Shown here piece by piece: positions 1-9,481 of a stretch of 39,371 nucleotides of DNA. Location: contig JAWXBZ010000075.1 of the NCBI GenBank assembly GCA_034440375.1, positions 1-39,371 of the forward strand. The letters are read 5' to 3'. The translations under genes and the position numbers were made by a program. Below the pieces are notes generated by a model. That model worked only from the letters and a program-made list of their open reading frames with translations. It did not search any database and was not told the DNA's origin. Within the stretch, counting starts at the first letter, position 1; each line of letters opens with the position of its first letter. The stretch is from Candidatus Eiseniibacteriota bacterium (GTDB lineage: Bacteria; Eisenbacteria; RBG-16-71-46; JABDJR01; JAWXBZ01).

Positions 1-34
1 CCGCCGCGCGGCGGGGGCCCGCCCTGTTCGGTTC

Positions 35-1012
35 GTGCAATCGCTCCGCTTCCTGGTTGGCCTGGCTTTTTTCCTGGGCTCGACCCTTGCGCAGCCGGCC
101 GAAAGCGCCGATCCGGTTCCTCAATCGCATGGACCCCTCGCCGACATGCCCCTGGTCTTCGACACCAATCTTGGCCTGATTCAGCGGGCTACCGAGGAGG
201 CAATCGAACGGGCGCTCGCCGGCCTCACCCTGCCGCCCGGCTCGGAAATCCAGCTCTTTCCGGTGCTCAAGCTCGACGGTGACTGGTTCGTCGAGGATCG
301 AATTGCCAGCTACCTGTCGAACAAAGGGTACAAGGTCTACCTGATCGAGAAGCCGAAGGCGAAAGGGGTGGAGCCGGAATTGGAGGGCGATCTCGACAAG
401 GACGGGGAGATTTCGATCGGAGAGGGCATGAAGCTCAGCGCCGGCGAGGCAAAGTCGGACAAATCCGATTCATCGGCGACGACCGGAGGGTCGGTGTCGC
501 CAACAGACAGTGCTGCCGTGAACAAGCCGCCAGCGAAGCCGGAGACGACCAACAATGACCCCAAGCCGGCGACGACTCCGCCCGGGCCCACCGGCAAGAA
601 TCCGAACAACCCCGTTATTCCGGCGGCCAATCTGCCACCGGTGATGAACGAATTTCCCGAGAACATCGAGGGGCTGGTACTCAGTTTTCGAGTCGTCGAG
701 TTTGGCGTCACCTATCACGATCAGTGGCGGCAGGGATTTCTCGGCCAGCGCGTGGTGGAGCGATTGGCGGCGGTCGACCTGAACTGCCGACTGGTCTCGG
801 GCGATTCCAAGAACATCATCTGGGTCGGCAATGGTCGATCGGAGCGCCTGGATATCGTGCCGAAATCCAAACTTGATTTGCTGGAAGGGCGCGCGTACCC
901 GTTCGTCCGGCCATCGCTTCCGCCGCAATCGCTGTCGCGAATCGTCGAGCCGGTACTGGTCCTGGGCATCGTGGCCGGACTCGTCTTCCTCTTTTACTCC
1001 AACCAGAATTGA
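35..1012 (+). CDS. Hypothetical exported protein with C-terminal membrane anchor
   Basis: 325 aa ORF; N-terminal hydrophobic signal-like segment (FLVGLAFFLGSTLAQPA), Pro/Thr-rich central linker, C-terminal hydrophobic helix (PVLVLGIVAGLVFLFY). The frame is open to the window edge, so the true start may lie upstream. Confidence 0.75.
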   Translation: MQSLRFLVGLAFFLGSTLAQPAESADPVPQSHGPLADMPLVFDTNLGLIQRATEEAIERALAGLTLPPGSEIQLFPVLKLDGDWFVEDRIASYLSNKGYKVYLIEKPKAKGVEPELEGDLDKDGEISIGEGMKLSAGEAKSDKSDSSATTGGSVSPTDSAAVNKPPAKPETTNNDPKPATTPPGPTGKNPNNPVIPAANLPPVMNEFPENIEGLVLSFRVVEFGVTYHDQWRQGFLGQRVVERLAAVDLNCRLVSGDSKNIIWVGNGRSERLDIVPKSKLDLLEGRAYPFVRPSLPPQSLSRIVEPVLVLGIVAGLVFLFYSNQN

Positions 1013-1025
1013 GTACGCCGCCATC

Positions 1026-1904
1026 ATGATCCGCGCTTCCGCTTCGACTATTCCAGGACCGGCACGAATCGTCCGGGTGATGGCGCTGAGTGTGATTTTG
1101 ATGCTTCCGCTCGGCGTCGGAGGCTGCTCGTCGTCGAAGCCCGATTTCTCGATACCGCCGACGGCCACGGACGACCCGCTGGCTCAGGCCAAGGCGTCGC
1201 TCGCGTCAGGAAACGAAGTTCAGGCCATCGAGCGGCTCACGAAATTCCTGGAGCAGAATCCCGGGAGCATCCATGTGGATGAGGCCAATTATCTCCTGGG
1301 TCAGGCCTACCTGCAGCAGAAAGATCGCGTCCTCGCGGCCGATTACTTTCAGAAGGTGACCCGCGATTTTCCGCAGAGCCCGCTGGCCGGTGAGTCGAGC
1401 TACTATCTGGCGGTCAGCTATGACAACCTGTCACGGCCGGCGGCCCTCGACCAGGACTGGACGGAACGGGCCATCGGCGCCTATCGCATCTTTCAGGGCA
1501 AGTACCCGGGACACGCACGGGTGGCCGAGGCGGCGGCCCGGATACTGATCCTCGAGGATCGGTTGGCGCAGAAATCGTACGAAACCGGGGCGCTCTATCT
1601 GCGGATGAATCGAGCGGCATCGGCGGAGATCTACTTCCAGCGGGTGCTCGAGCAATTTCCACAGTCGAGCTGGAGCTGTCGGGCCAGCATCGGCCTCGGC
1701 GAAACCTACCGGAAGCGCGGCCTCTGGCAGCAGGCGGTAACCCAGCTGCAGGCGGCGCTCGATGCCTGCCCGGATGGTCCATTCAATGGACATGCGCGCG
1801 AGCTGCTCGATGAGGCTCGGCAGGAAGTCAGCCGCCTTCCGGCTCCGCCACCCGCTGCACCGGCCGACTCGACGGGCCCGCCGGATTCCACCTCGGCGCC
1901 CTGA
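1026..1904 (+). CDS. bamD: Outer membrane protein assembly factor BamD (TPR lipoprotein)
   Basis: Lipobox (LGVGGC), TPR repeats, BamD-like LDQDWTERAI...F..KYP and EDRLAQKSYETGALY..M.RAASA..YF segments. Start is ATG 1026 or ATG 1080. Confidence 0.85.
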   Translation: MIRASASTIPGPARIVRVMALSVILMLPLGVGGCSSSKPDFSIPPTATDDPLAQAKASLASGNEVQAIERLTKFLEQNPGSIHVDEANYLLGQAYLQQKDRVLAADYFQKVTRDFPQSPLAGESSYYLAVSYDNLSRPAALDQDWTERAIGAYRIFQGKYPGHARVAEAAARILILEDRLAQKSYETGALYLRMNRAASAEIYFQRVLEQFPQSSWSCRASIGLGETYRKRGLWQQAVTQLQAALDACPDGPFNGHARELLDEARQEVSRLPAPPPAAPADSTGPPDSTSAP

Positions 1905-1930
1905 GCGCCATCCTGGACAGGCCGTAACGG

Positions 1931-2518
1931 ATGAGGATCGGCATCTTCGGAGGCACCTTCGATCCGATACATTGGGGGCACCTGGTCCTGGCGGAGGAGG
2001 CCCGCACCGCCGCCCGCCTCGATCGGATCCTCTTCGTCCCCTCGGCTGTCCCGCCTCACAAGCAGGGGCGCAAACTCACCGACTGGTCGCATCGATTCGA
2101 GATGGTGCGCCTGGCATTGGATGGTGAAGCCGATTTCGCCCTTTCGGACATTGAGTCCGACCCCGGTCGACCGCACTACAGTCTCGATACCCTCGACCGC
2201 CTGGCCGCGCGCCACTCCGATGACGAGCTGTCGTTTCTCATCGGATCGGACAGCCTTCTCGACCTGCCGTACTGGCAAAAGCCTTTGGCGATCATCGCAC
2301 GCTGGCCCCTGGTCGTGCTGGCCCGGCCTGGTTTCGATGTGGCGCTCGCCGATCCCATGTTCACGCGGCAGATGACCCTGGTGGACGGGGTGCAGGTGGC
2401 CGTGTCGTCCACGCTGGTTCGGCGGCGCCTGGCTGCCGGCGATTCCGTCAAGTATCTCGTTCCCGCCCCGGTGATCGCCTACGCGCGCGTGCATCAGCTT
2501 TACGGGTTGGTGTCGTGA
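1931..2518 (+). CDS. nadD: Nicotinate-nucleotide adenylyltransferase
   Basis: RIGIFGGTFDPIHWGH (HxGH), PPHK, IGSDSL and VSSTLVR motifs. Confidence 0.95.
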   Translation: MRIGIFGGTFDPIHWGHLVLAEEARTAARLDRILFVPSAVPPHKQGRKLTDWSHRFEMVRLALDGEADFALSDIESDPGRPHYSLDTLDRLAARHSDDELSFLIGSDSLLDLPYWQKPLAIIARWPLVVLARPGFDVALADPMFTRQMTLVDGVQVAVSSTLVRRRLAAGDSVKYLVPAPVIAYARVHQLYGLVS

Positions 2519-5445
2519 GCGAGGACCGTCCGGCAAACGCCCCGGCGTCGCGGCCCCGGCTTTTTCTTGTCGACGGCACGGCGCTGGCGTACCGGGCCTA
2601 CTTCGCGATGGGGCGTTCCGGCCTGTCGACCGCTACGGGCGAGCCGACCGGGGCCGTCTTCGGTGTGGCCAATACCATCTGGAGCCTTCTCAAGGAGTAC
2701 CAGCCTGAATACATGGCCGTGGTTTTCGACACGGCCGCCCCCACATTTCGCCACGAGGAGTACGCGGCGTACAAGGCCAATCGGGAGGAGATGCCGGAGG
2801 ATCTGGTGCGCCAGCTCCCGCTGCTCGCGGAGATGGTGCGGGCCTGGCCGCTCATCTGTCTGGCGGTCGACGGAGTCGAGGCCGACGACGTCATCGGCTC
2901 GTACGCGGTCCAGCTGGCCGGCCCCGATCTTGAGGTCATCATGGTGACCGGCGACAAGGATTTCTGCCAGCTGGTGAACGACGACATTTCGATTCTAAAC
3001 CCGGGTCGGGGTGGGCCGGCCCGCGTCGAGGCGCACCGGCTCGATGCGGCGGGTGTCGAGGCCAAGTTTGGCGTACCGCCCGCACAGGTGGTCGACGTCC
3101 TGTCGCTCATGGGCGACACCTCCGACAACGTGCCCGGTGTGCCGGGTATCGGCGAGAAGACGGCGGCCCAGCTGGTCCGCGAATTCGGTTCGCTCGAGAC
3201 GATCCTGGCTTCGATCGACCGCGTGGGTCGAAAATCATGGGCCGAGAATCTTGTTGCCTATGCTGACCAGGCCCGATTGTCACGCCGGTTGGTGACGATC
3301 CGGACGAACTGCCCGCTGCCTTCGCCCCTCTCCGCCATGGCGGTTGGGCGTCCGGCCATCACGCTGGCCGATTTTTTCCGGCGGATGGAATTTGGCCGGC
3401 TGACCCGTGATGCGGCCACGGCGGCCGGTGTCGACACAGGTCCCGCGGCAGCCCAGGCAGCGATCACCGAAGGCCTGCAGACGGTCGGGGCGCCCGATTC
3501 GATCGCCGCTCCGTCGGTTGAAACGCGGGCTGCGCCGCGCCCGGTCGGCACGCCCTGGGGCGGAACGTTCGATCTGTTCCGGGCGGGGGAGGACGATCCA
3601 CTTCCCGCACGGGCTCCGGGACCGTGGCTTACCGAACCGCCGCCCACAGACGCCGACTATCGGCTCGTCACCGATCAAGAGGGCCTCGAGCGCCTGGCGC
3701 AGGAACTTCGGGAGACCCGAACGCCGATCGCCATTGATACCGAGACGACCGGGCTCGATCCGATGCGCGCCCAACTCGTCGGCCTGTCATTTTCCGTCGC
3801 GGCCAGGACCGGGTGGTATGTGCCGGTGGCGCACCATGAGGGGCCCAATGTCACCCTGGAGGCGGTGCGCGACGTGCTGGGCCCGATCCTGGCCGACCCG
3901 ACCATCAAGAAGGTCGGACAGAATATCAAGTACGACCTGGTGATCCTTGACCGGCACGATCTCCCCGTCGTGGGCGTCGCTTTCGACACGATGGTCGCGT
4001 CGTATCTGATCGACGCCGGGCGCTCGCACAAGCTCGACAACCTGGCGCAGGAGGAACTCGGCTACCGCATGGTGCCGATCAGCGATCTCATCGGGAAGGG
4101 GCAGAAGCAGCGCAGTTTCGCCGACGTGCCCGTTCTTCTCGCGGTGCGTTACGCCGCGGAGGACGCGGACATCACTCTCCGGCTGGCGGACCGCTTCCGG
4201 CCGATCCTGGCCGAGCGGGACCTCGAAAGGTTGTTCACGGATCTGGAAATGCCGCTCCTCCTCGTGCTCAAGGAGATGGAGGAGACCGGCGTCGCACTCG
4301 ACGTTCCATTCCTGGCCGGGATGTCGGATCGACTGGGCAAGGAGATCGCGCGACTGGAGACGTTCGCGCACGAGGTGGCGGGCGAGTCGTTCAATCTCAA
4401 TTCGCCGATCCAGCTGGGCAAGCTCCTCTTCGAGAAATTGAAGCTGCCGGCCGGGCGGAAGACAAAGACCGGCTGGTCCACCGACTCCGAAACATTGGAA
4501 GACCTGGTGCCGCTCCATTCGCTGCCCCGGCTGCTGCTCGATTACCGGCAACTGGCCAAGCTCAAATCGACTTACGTTGACGCGCTCCCGCGGCTGGTTC
4601 ACCCACAGACGGGGCGCGTCCACTCGTCGTTCAACCAGACCGTGGCCGCCACCGGTCGACTCAGCTCCAGCGACCCGAATCTCCAGAACATCCCGATTCG
4701 AACGGATCTGGGGCGCGACGTGCGGCGTGCCTTCATCGCCGGTGGTACGAATCGTCTCCTGATCTCGGCCGACTACTCGCAGATCGAGCTGCGGATCATG
4801 GCTCACCTGTCGGGCGATCCGAACCTGAACGATTACTTTCGGCGCGGCGTGGATGTTCATCGGGAGACAGCGGCCAGCATCTTCGGCGTTCCGGCCGGGG
4901 AGGTCACCGCCGAGCAGCGGTCCCAGGCCAAGACCGTGAACTTCGGCATCCTTTACGGGCAGGGGCCGGTTGGCCTCTCCCGCCAGATCGGTATCACTCG
5001 CGAGGCGGCCAAGCAGTTCATCGCCGCCTACAAGGCCCAATTTCCGGGCGTCACCGAATTTCTCGATCGAACCGTGCGCGAGGCGACGACCACCGGTTAC
5101 GTGATGACGCTGCTCAAGCGTCGGCGATATCTGCCGAACCTGGCCAGTCCGGAAGGGCGCTTCCGCGCCGAGGCGGAGCGAATGGCGATCAACACACCGA
5201 TCCAGGGCACGGCCGCCGACATGATCAAGATGGCCATGCTGGCGGTCGACAGGGAATTGAAGCACCGACATCCCGAGGCGCGGCTGCTTTTACAAGTTCA
5301 TGACGAACTGGTTCTCGAGGCTCCCACCGACGAAGCAAACGACGTGGCGGCCACCGTGCGCCGGGCGATGGAAGAAGCCATCGAGCTGTCGGTGCCGGTT
5401 ATTGTCGACGTCGGGGTCGGTCACGATTGGGCCGGGATCCACTAG
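2515..5445 (+). CDS. polA: DNA polymerase I
   Basis: 5'-3' exonuclease (LVDG..LAYRAYFA, EADDVIG, GDTSDNVPGVPGIGEKTA), 3'-5' exonuclease (IDTETT), polymerase motifs (TGRLSSSDPNLQNIP, ADYSQIELR, KTVNFGILYG, LLQVHDEL). GTG start overlaps the nadD stop (GTGA). Confidence 0.98.
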   Translation: MSEDRPANAPASRPRLFLVDGTALAYRAYFAMGRSGLSTATGEPTGAVFGVANTIWSLLKEYQPEYMAVVFDTAAPTFRHEEYAAYKANREEMPEDLVRQLPLLAEMVRAWPLICLAVDGVEADDVIGSYAVQLAGPDLEVIMVTGDKDFCQLVNDDISILNPGRGGPARVEAHRLDAAGVEAKFGVPPAQVVDVLSLMGDTSDNVPGVPGIGEKTAAQLVREFGSLETILASIDRVGRKSWAENLVAYADQARLSRRLVTIRTNCPLPSPLSAMAVGRPAITLADFFRRMEFGRLTRDAATAAGVDTGPAAAQAAITEGLQTVGAPDSIAAPSVETRAAPRPVGTPWGGTFDLFRAGEDDPLPARAPGPWLTEPPPTDADYRLVTDQEGLERLAQELRETRTPIAIDTETTGLDPMRAQLVGLSFSVAARTGWYVPVAHHEGPNVTLEAVRDVLGPILADPTIKKVGQNIKYDLVILDRHDLPVVGVAFDTMVASYLIDAGRSHKLDNLAQEELGYRMVPISDLIGKGQKQRSFADVPVLLAVRYAAEDADITLRLADRFRPILAERDLERLFTDLEMPLLLVLKEMEETGVALDVPFLAGMSDRLGKEIARLETFAHEVAGESFNLNSPIQLGKLLFEKLKLPAGRKTKTGWSTDSETLEDLVPLHSLPRLLLDYRQLAKLKSTYVDALPRLVHPQTGRVHSSFNQTVAATGRLSSSDPNLQNIPIRTDLGRDVRRAFIAGGTNRLLISADYSQIELRIMAHLSGDPNLNDYFRRGVDVHRETAASIFGVPAGEVTAEQRSQAKTVNFGILYGQGPVGLSRQIGITREAAKQFIAAYKAQFPGVTEFLDRTVREATTTGYVMTLLKRRRYLPNLASPEGRFRAEAERMAINTPIQGTAADMIKMAMLAVDRELKHRHPEARLLLQVHDELVLEAPTDEANDVAATVRRAMEEAIELSVPVIVDVGVGHDWAGIH

Positions 5446-5508
5446 CCGAACCGCACGGCTGGTCCGGTGGGGGTGTCACGGCAACGGTCATTCCTCTATA
5501 GTCCGATC

Positions 5509-6171
5509 ATGCTGAGCGTGGGCCTCACCGGTAATATTGCGTCCGGCAAGTCAATGGTGGCCGCGCAGTTGGAGAACCTCGGCGCTCTCATCATCGACGC
5601 CGACCGGATCGGGCATGATCTGATCGGCCCGGGGGGTCCGGTGGTGGATGCGGTGCTGGCGGCGTTCGGCAAAGGGGTGGCCGGACCGGCGGGCGACGTC
5701 GACCGTGGAAAGCTCGGTCCGCTCGTCTTCGCCGACGGGGAGGCGCGCGAACGTCTCAATGCGATCGTGCATCCCTTCCTTATCAATGAAATCCGATTGC
5801 GCCTCTTGGCCCTGGCTGCGGCCGAGGCCCGGGAGGATTTGGAGGGTGGTCCGGTGGTACCGATGATCGTGGTCGTCGACGCGGCCCTGATCTTCGAGCT
5901 GGGAGTGGCGGACGACTTCGACCGTATCGTGGTCGTCACGGCTCCCGATGCCATACGCTACGCTCGGCTCTCGGCCCGCGGGCTCTCCCCCCCTCGGGCC
6001 CGCGAGCGGATGGCCAGCCAGTGGCCCGAGGCGGAAAAAGTCCGCCGGGCCGATCTGGTGATTACCAACAGCGGAACGACCGCGGAACTGGAGACCCAGG
6101 TATCGCGGCTCTGGACGACATTGACACTGGCGGCGGCCTCGCCGTCGCAACGAAAGGACGAACCAGGATGA
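5509..6171 (+). CDS. coaE: Dephospho-CoA kinase
   Basis: VGLTGNIASGKS P-loop, IIDAD, LNAIVHP, RMASQ motifs; adjacent to polA as is usual. Start set at ATG 5509 (GTG 5467 is the alternative). Confidence 0.95.
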   Translation: MLSVGLTGNIASGKSMVAAQLENLGALIIDADRIGHDLIGPGGPVVDAVLAAFGKGVAGPAGDVDRGKLGPLVFADGEARERLNAIVHPFLINEIRLRLLALAAAEAREDLEGGPVVPMIVVVDAALIFELGVADDFDRIVVVTAPDAIRYARLSARGLSPPRARERMASQWPEAEKVRRADLVITNSGTTAELETQVSRLWTTLTLAAASPSQRKDEPG

Positions 6172-7269
6172 CCATCGACGTGCCTGATCTTCGGAAAACG
6201 CTGACCGTGCTGTCCGAGCGACTCGAAGCGCTCCGAGGTTATCTTTGACATAGAACACAAAGCGGAGACGGTGGCGACACTCGAGGAGCAGATGGCGGCT
6301 CCCGATTTCTGGACGAAGCCGGAAGCGGCCCGCCAGATCATCGGTGACATGAAAGTGGCCAAGGGGATCCTGACGAACTGGACCGGCCTCGACGCCGAAG
6401 TCAAAAGTGCCGTTGAGCTGCTCGATCTGGCCGAGGGTGAGGCCGATGAATCGACGCTCAAGGATCTGGCCACCGAGTCAGCCCGACTCGAGGCCCGGCT
6501 CGAAGCGCTCGAACTTCGATCCTTCCTGTCGGGTCCGGAGGATTCGGCCAGCGCCATCGTGTCGATTCATCCGGGCGCCGGCGGCACCGAAAGCCAGGAC
6601 TGGGCCGCGATGCTGCTTCGCATGTACATGCGCTGGTGCGAGCGGAACGGATTCGAGACCAATTTTCTGGACTACCAGGATGGCGACGAGGCCGGCATCA
6701 AGGACGCCTCGTTCGAAGTGAACGGCGAATATGCCTACGGCTACCTGAAAGGGGAGAGCGGCGTTCACCGACTGGTCCGCATCAGCCCGTTTGATGCCGC
6801 CAAGCGGCGCCATACGTCGTTTGCCTCGCTCTTCGTGCTGCCGCAGGTCGAGGCCGCCGCGGACATCGAGGTCAACGAAGGGGACCTGCGGGTCGACACC
6901 TTTCGGGCCTCCGGCGCGGGGGGCCAGCATGTCAACAAGACGAGCTCGGCCGTGCGGCTGACCCACCTTCCCTCGGGCATCGTGGTCAGTTGCCAGAGCG
7001 AGCGGAGCCAGCATCGCAATCGCGAATCGGCCATGAAGATCTTGAAGGCCCGGCTCTATGTGAAGCAACGAAACGAAGAGCAGGAGCGAATGGACAAGCT
7101 GATCGACCAGCAGAAGGACATTGCCTGGGGCAGCCAGATTCGCTCGTACGTCTTCCAGCCCTACACGATGGTCAAGGACCATCGCACCGATCATCAGACG
7201 TCGGACGTCAACAAGGTCATGGACGGCGATCTCAACCCCTTCATCGACTCCTGGCTCAGGAGACGCTAG
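6168..7269 (+). CDS. prfB: Peptide chain release factor 2, decoded by a programmed +1 frameshift
   Basis: ATG 6168 (overlapping coaE stop) reads MTIDVP...LRGYL to CTT-TGA-C at 6243-6249; +1 shift to GAC 6247 joins the ORF ending 7269, which holds GGTESQDWA, SPF and GAGGQHVN motifs (about 366 aa). Confidence 0.97.
6234..6249 (+). promoter_or_regulatory. prfB autoregulatory +1 ribosomal frameshift site
   Basis: CGAGGT-TAT-CTT-TGA-C: internal SD-like GAGGT followed by the slippery CTT-T and in-frame UGA. Confidence 0.93.
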
Positions 7270-7310
7270 AACCTGGAGCGCGGGCGGCGCCCGGGCTTCA
7301 AGGAGAGTGC

Positions 7311-8684
7311 ATGAATCCCCACATCTTCCGTGAATACGACATCCGCGGCATCGCCGACACCGATCTGAACGACGCCGACGTCGCCCTGATCGGCAGGGCC
7401 CTCGGAACCTGGTACGTCCGGAACGGCGCGAAGCGGGTGGCGGTCGGACAGGACGTGCGCCTCACTTCGCCGCGCATCGCCTCTTCACTGACGGCCGGCC
7501 TCAACGCCGCCGGCATCAACGTCGTCCGAATCGGGATGGTTCCAACGCCGGCCCTCTACTTTGCCGTGCACCAATGGGAAATGGACGGGGGCGTTGCCGT
7601 CACCGGCAGTCACAACCCGGTCGAATTCAACGGATTCAAAATGAACCTGGGAACGGCCTCGGTTTACGGTGCCATGATCCAGGAGATCCGTTACATCGCC
7701 GAAAAGGGGCAGTTTGCCTCGGGGGCGGGCTCGGTGAGCGACCGGGACATCCTGGCCGAGTACAACGCCGCCCTGCGGAAAAAAACTCGAATCAGCCGCC
7801 CGCTCAAGGTGGTCATCGACGCCGGAAATGGCTGCGCCGGTCCCCATGCGCCGGCCCTCTTTCGCGATCTCGGCTGCACGGTCCTCGAGTTGTACACCGA
7901 CCCGGACGGTCGTTTTCCAAACCACCTCCCCGATCCGACCGTCCCGGCGCTGATCAAGGATCTGGTGGCGCTGGTGGTCTCCTCCGGTGCCGATCTTGGC
8001 ATCGGCTACGACGGGGACGCGGATCGGGTGGGCCTGGTCGACGGCAACGGCCGTGTCGTCTGGGGCGATCAGCTCCTGGCCATCGCGGCAGCCGATCTTC
8101 TCACCCGTAAACCGGGCGCCAAGGTCATTTTCGAGGTGAAGTGCAGCCAGGCCGTTCCCGAGTGGGTCCTCCGCCATGGTGGCGTGCCGATCCTCTGGAA
8201 GACCGGCCACTCCTTGATCAAGGCCAAGATGAAGGAGGAGGGGGCGCTCCTCGCCGGCGAGATGAGTGGCCACATGTTCTTTGCCGAAGACTGGTACGGC
8301 TTTGATGACGCGCTCTACGCTTCGGCCAAGCTGGCCTCGATCGTGGCCGACTCGGGACGATCACTCGCCGAACTTGTCGACGAATTGCCGCAGTACCAGT
8401 CGACTCCCGAGCTTCGTTTCCAATGCGAAGACTCCGCCAAGTTCGGGGTGGTATCCAGGGTCATCGAGCATTTCCGGAAGGACCACGAGGTCATCGACGT
8501 CGACGGGGCCCGAATTCTCTTCGGCGACGGCTGGGGTCTCGTCCGTGCCTCCAACACGCAGCCGGTCCTGGTGGCGCGTTTCGAAGCTCGCACAAAGGAG
8601 CGGCTCAAGGAGATTCAGGATACCGTGATGGGCTATCTGGCTACCTTTCCGGCGGTGCACCTGGACCGGCTGGCAGGTCACTGA
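7311..8684 (+). CDS. Phosphomannomutase/phosphoglucomutase (AlgC-like)
   Basis: AGGAG RBS then MNPHIFREYDIRG; TGSHNP phosphoserine loop, YDGDADR metal loop, AGEMSGH, VRASNTQP. Confidence 0.95.
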   Translation: MNPHIFREYDIRGIADTDLNDADVALIGRALGTWYVRNGAKRVAVGQDVRLTSPRIASSLTAGLNAAGINVVRIGMVPTPALYFAVHQWEMDGGVAVTGSHNPVEFNGFKMNLGTASVYGAMIQEIRYIAEKGQFASGAGSVSDRDILAEYNAALRKKTRISRPLKVVIDAGNGCAGPHAPALFRDLGCTVLELYTDPDGRFPNHLPDPTVPALIKDLVALVVSSGADLGIGYDGDADRVGLVDGNGRVVWGDQLLAIAAADLLTRKPGAKVIFEVKCSQAVPEWVLRHGGVPILWKTGHSLIKAKMKEEGALLAGEMSGHMFFAEDWYGFDDALYASAKLASIVADSGRSLAELVDELPQYQSTPELRFQCEDSAKFGVVSRVIEHFRKDHEVIDVDGARILFGDGWGLVRASNTQPVLVARFEARTKERLKEIQDTVMGYLATFPAVHLDRLAGH

Positions 8685-8691
8685 CGCCATC

Positions 8692-9399
8692 ATGCCCCGA
8701 TCGACACCAGTCCGGGAGCCGGCCGTCCCTCGTGATTACCAGACTTCCGTGCGGGAGCGCCGGCCGCTTGCGGCCTCGTTTCATCGGCGTCCGGCCGCGA
8801 CACTGGCCAGGGCGCTCCTCGGAAAACTCCTGATCCACAGTACGAAGTCGGGGGAATCTGGCGGGTGGATCGTTGAGACCGAGGCCTACGGAGGGGAGGA
8901 TGACCCGGCCAGCCATGCCGCGCCGGGGCGAACGGCTCGCAACCAGGTCATGTACGGCCCGGCGGGTCGGGCCTATGTCTACTTCACCTATGGCATGCAC
9001 TGGTGCGTCAATGTCGTGGCCGGCCGGACCGGCCGGGCCGAGGCCGTCCTGATCCGAGCTCTCGAGCCGGCCATCGGCCTCCGACTCATGCGGCGGCGCC
9101 GGGGCACCGGTGTCAGCGATCGCGATCTGGCGCGCGGCCCCGCCCGGCTCTGTCGGGCGCTGGGGATCGACGGGACGCAGAACGGAATTTCGCTGTCGGA
9201 TGGCCCACTCCTCGTGGCGAGAGGAAGGGGGGCTCCACGAATCGTCGGCGTTTCCGGCCGTATCGGCATTCGCGTGGGAATTGAATCGTCCTGGCGTTTC
9301 TTTGACGCAGAAAGTTTACATGTCAGCCCCGGTCGTCCTGGCCCGGCGGCAGGTCGCCGGGCGCCCTTTCGGGTTGACACCGTCCCGGCCGGCCGCTAA
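8692..9399 (+). CDS. mpg: DNA-3-methyladenine glycosylase (AAG/MPG family)
   Basis: LARALLGK, IVETEAY, DPASHA, AYVYFTYGMHWC, AVLIRALEP, GPARLCRAL, RIGI motifs. Exact start uncertain. Confidence 0.92.
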   Translation: MPRSTPVREPAVPRDYQTSVRERRPLAASFHRRPAATLARALLGKLLIHSTKSGESGGWIVETEAYGGEDDPASHAAPGRTARNQVMYGPAGRAYVYFTYGMHWCVNVVAGRTGRAEAVLIRALEPAIGLRLMRRRRGTGVSDRDLARGPARLCRALGIDGTQNGISLSDGPLLVARGRGAPRIVGVSGRIGIRVGIESSWRFFDAESLHVSPGRPGPAAGRRAPFRVDTVPAGR

Positions 9400-9402
9400 C
9401 TT
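9374..9402 (+). promoter_or_regulatory. Putative sigma70 promoter for the lipoprotein/beta-barrel pair
   Basis: TTGACA (9374-9379), 17 bp spacer, TAACTT (9397-9402), at the end of mpg. Confidence 0.6.
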
Positions 9403-9481
9403 CCATGCATAGCAGGAACTCGGAACCGCGATCTCCCTCCTCACTATGTCGAGTCCCGAATTCAAAAGGACGACCAATACC

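Noticed and set aside
3787-5271. Long antisense ORFs (for example 3787..5271, 9497..10885, 10927..12417, 23376..24587)
   Set aside because: They mirror well-supported genes on the other strand, as expected from stop-codon scarcity in high-GC DNA, and contain no recognisable motifs.
6990-7310. N-terminal extensions in the ORF track (PMM from 6990, TBDR from 12622, cargo from 15293, GWxTD from 18822, pgk from 22720, GT-C from 25350)
   Set aside because: They overlap upstream genes, promoters or the tRNA; better starts with RBS or family-typical N-termini lie downstream.
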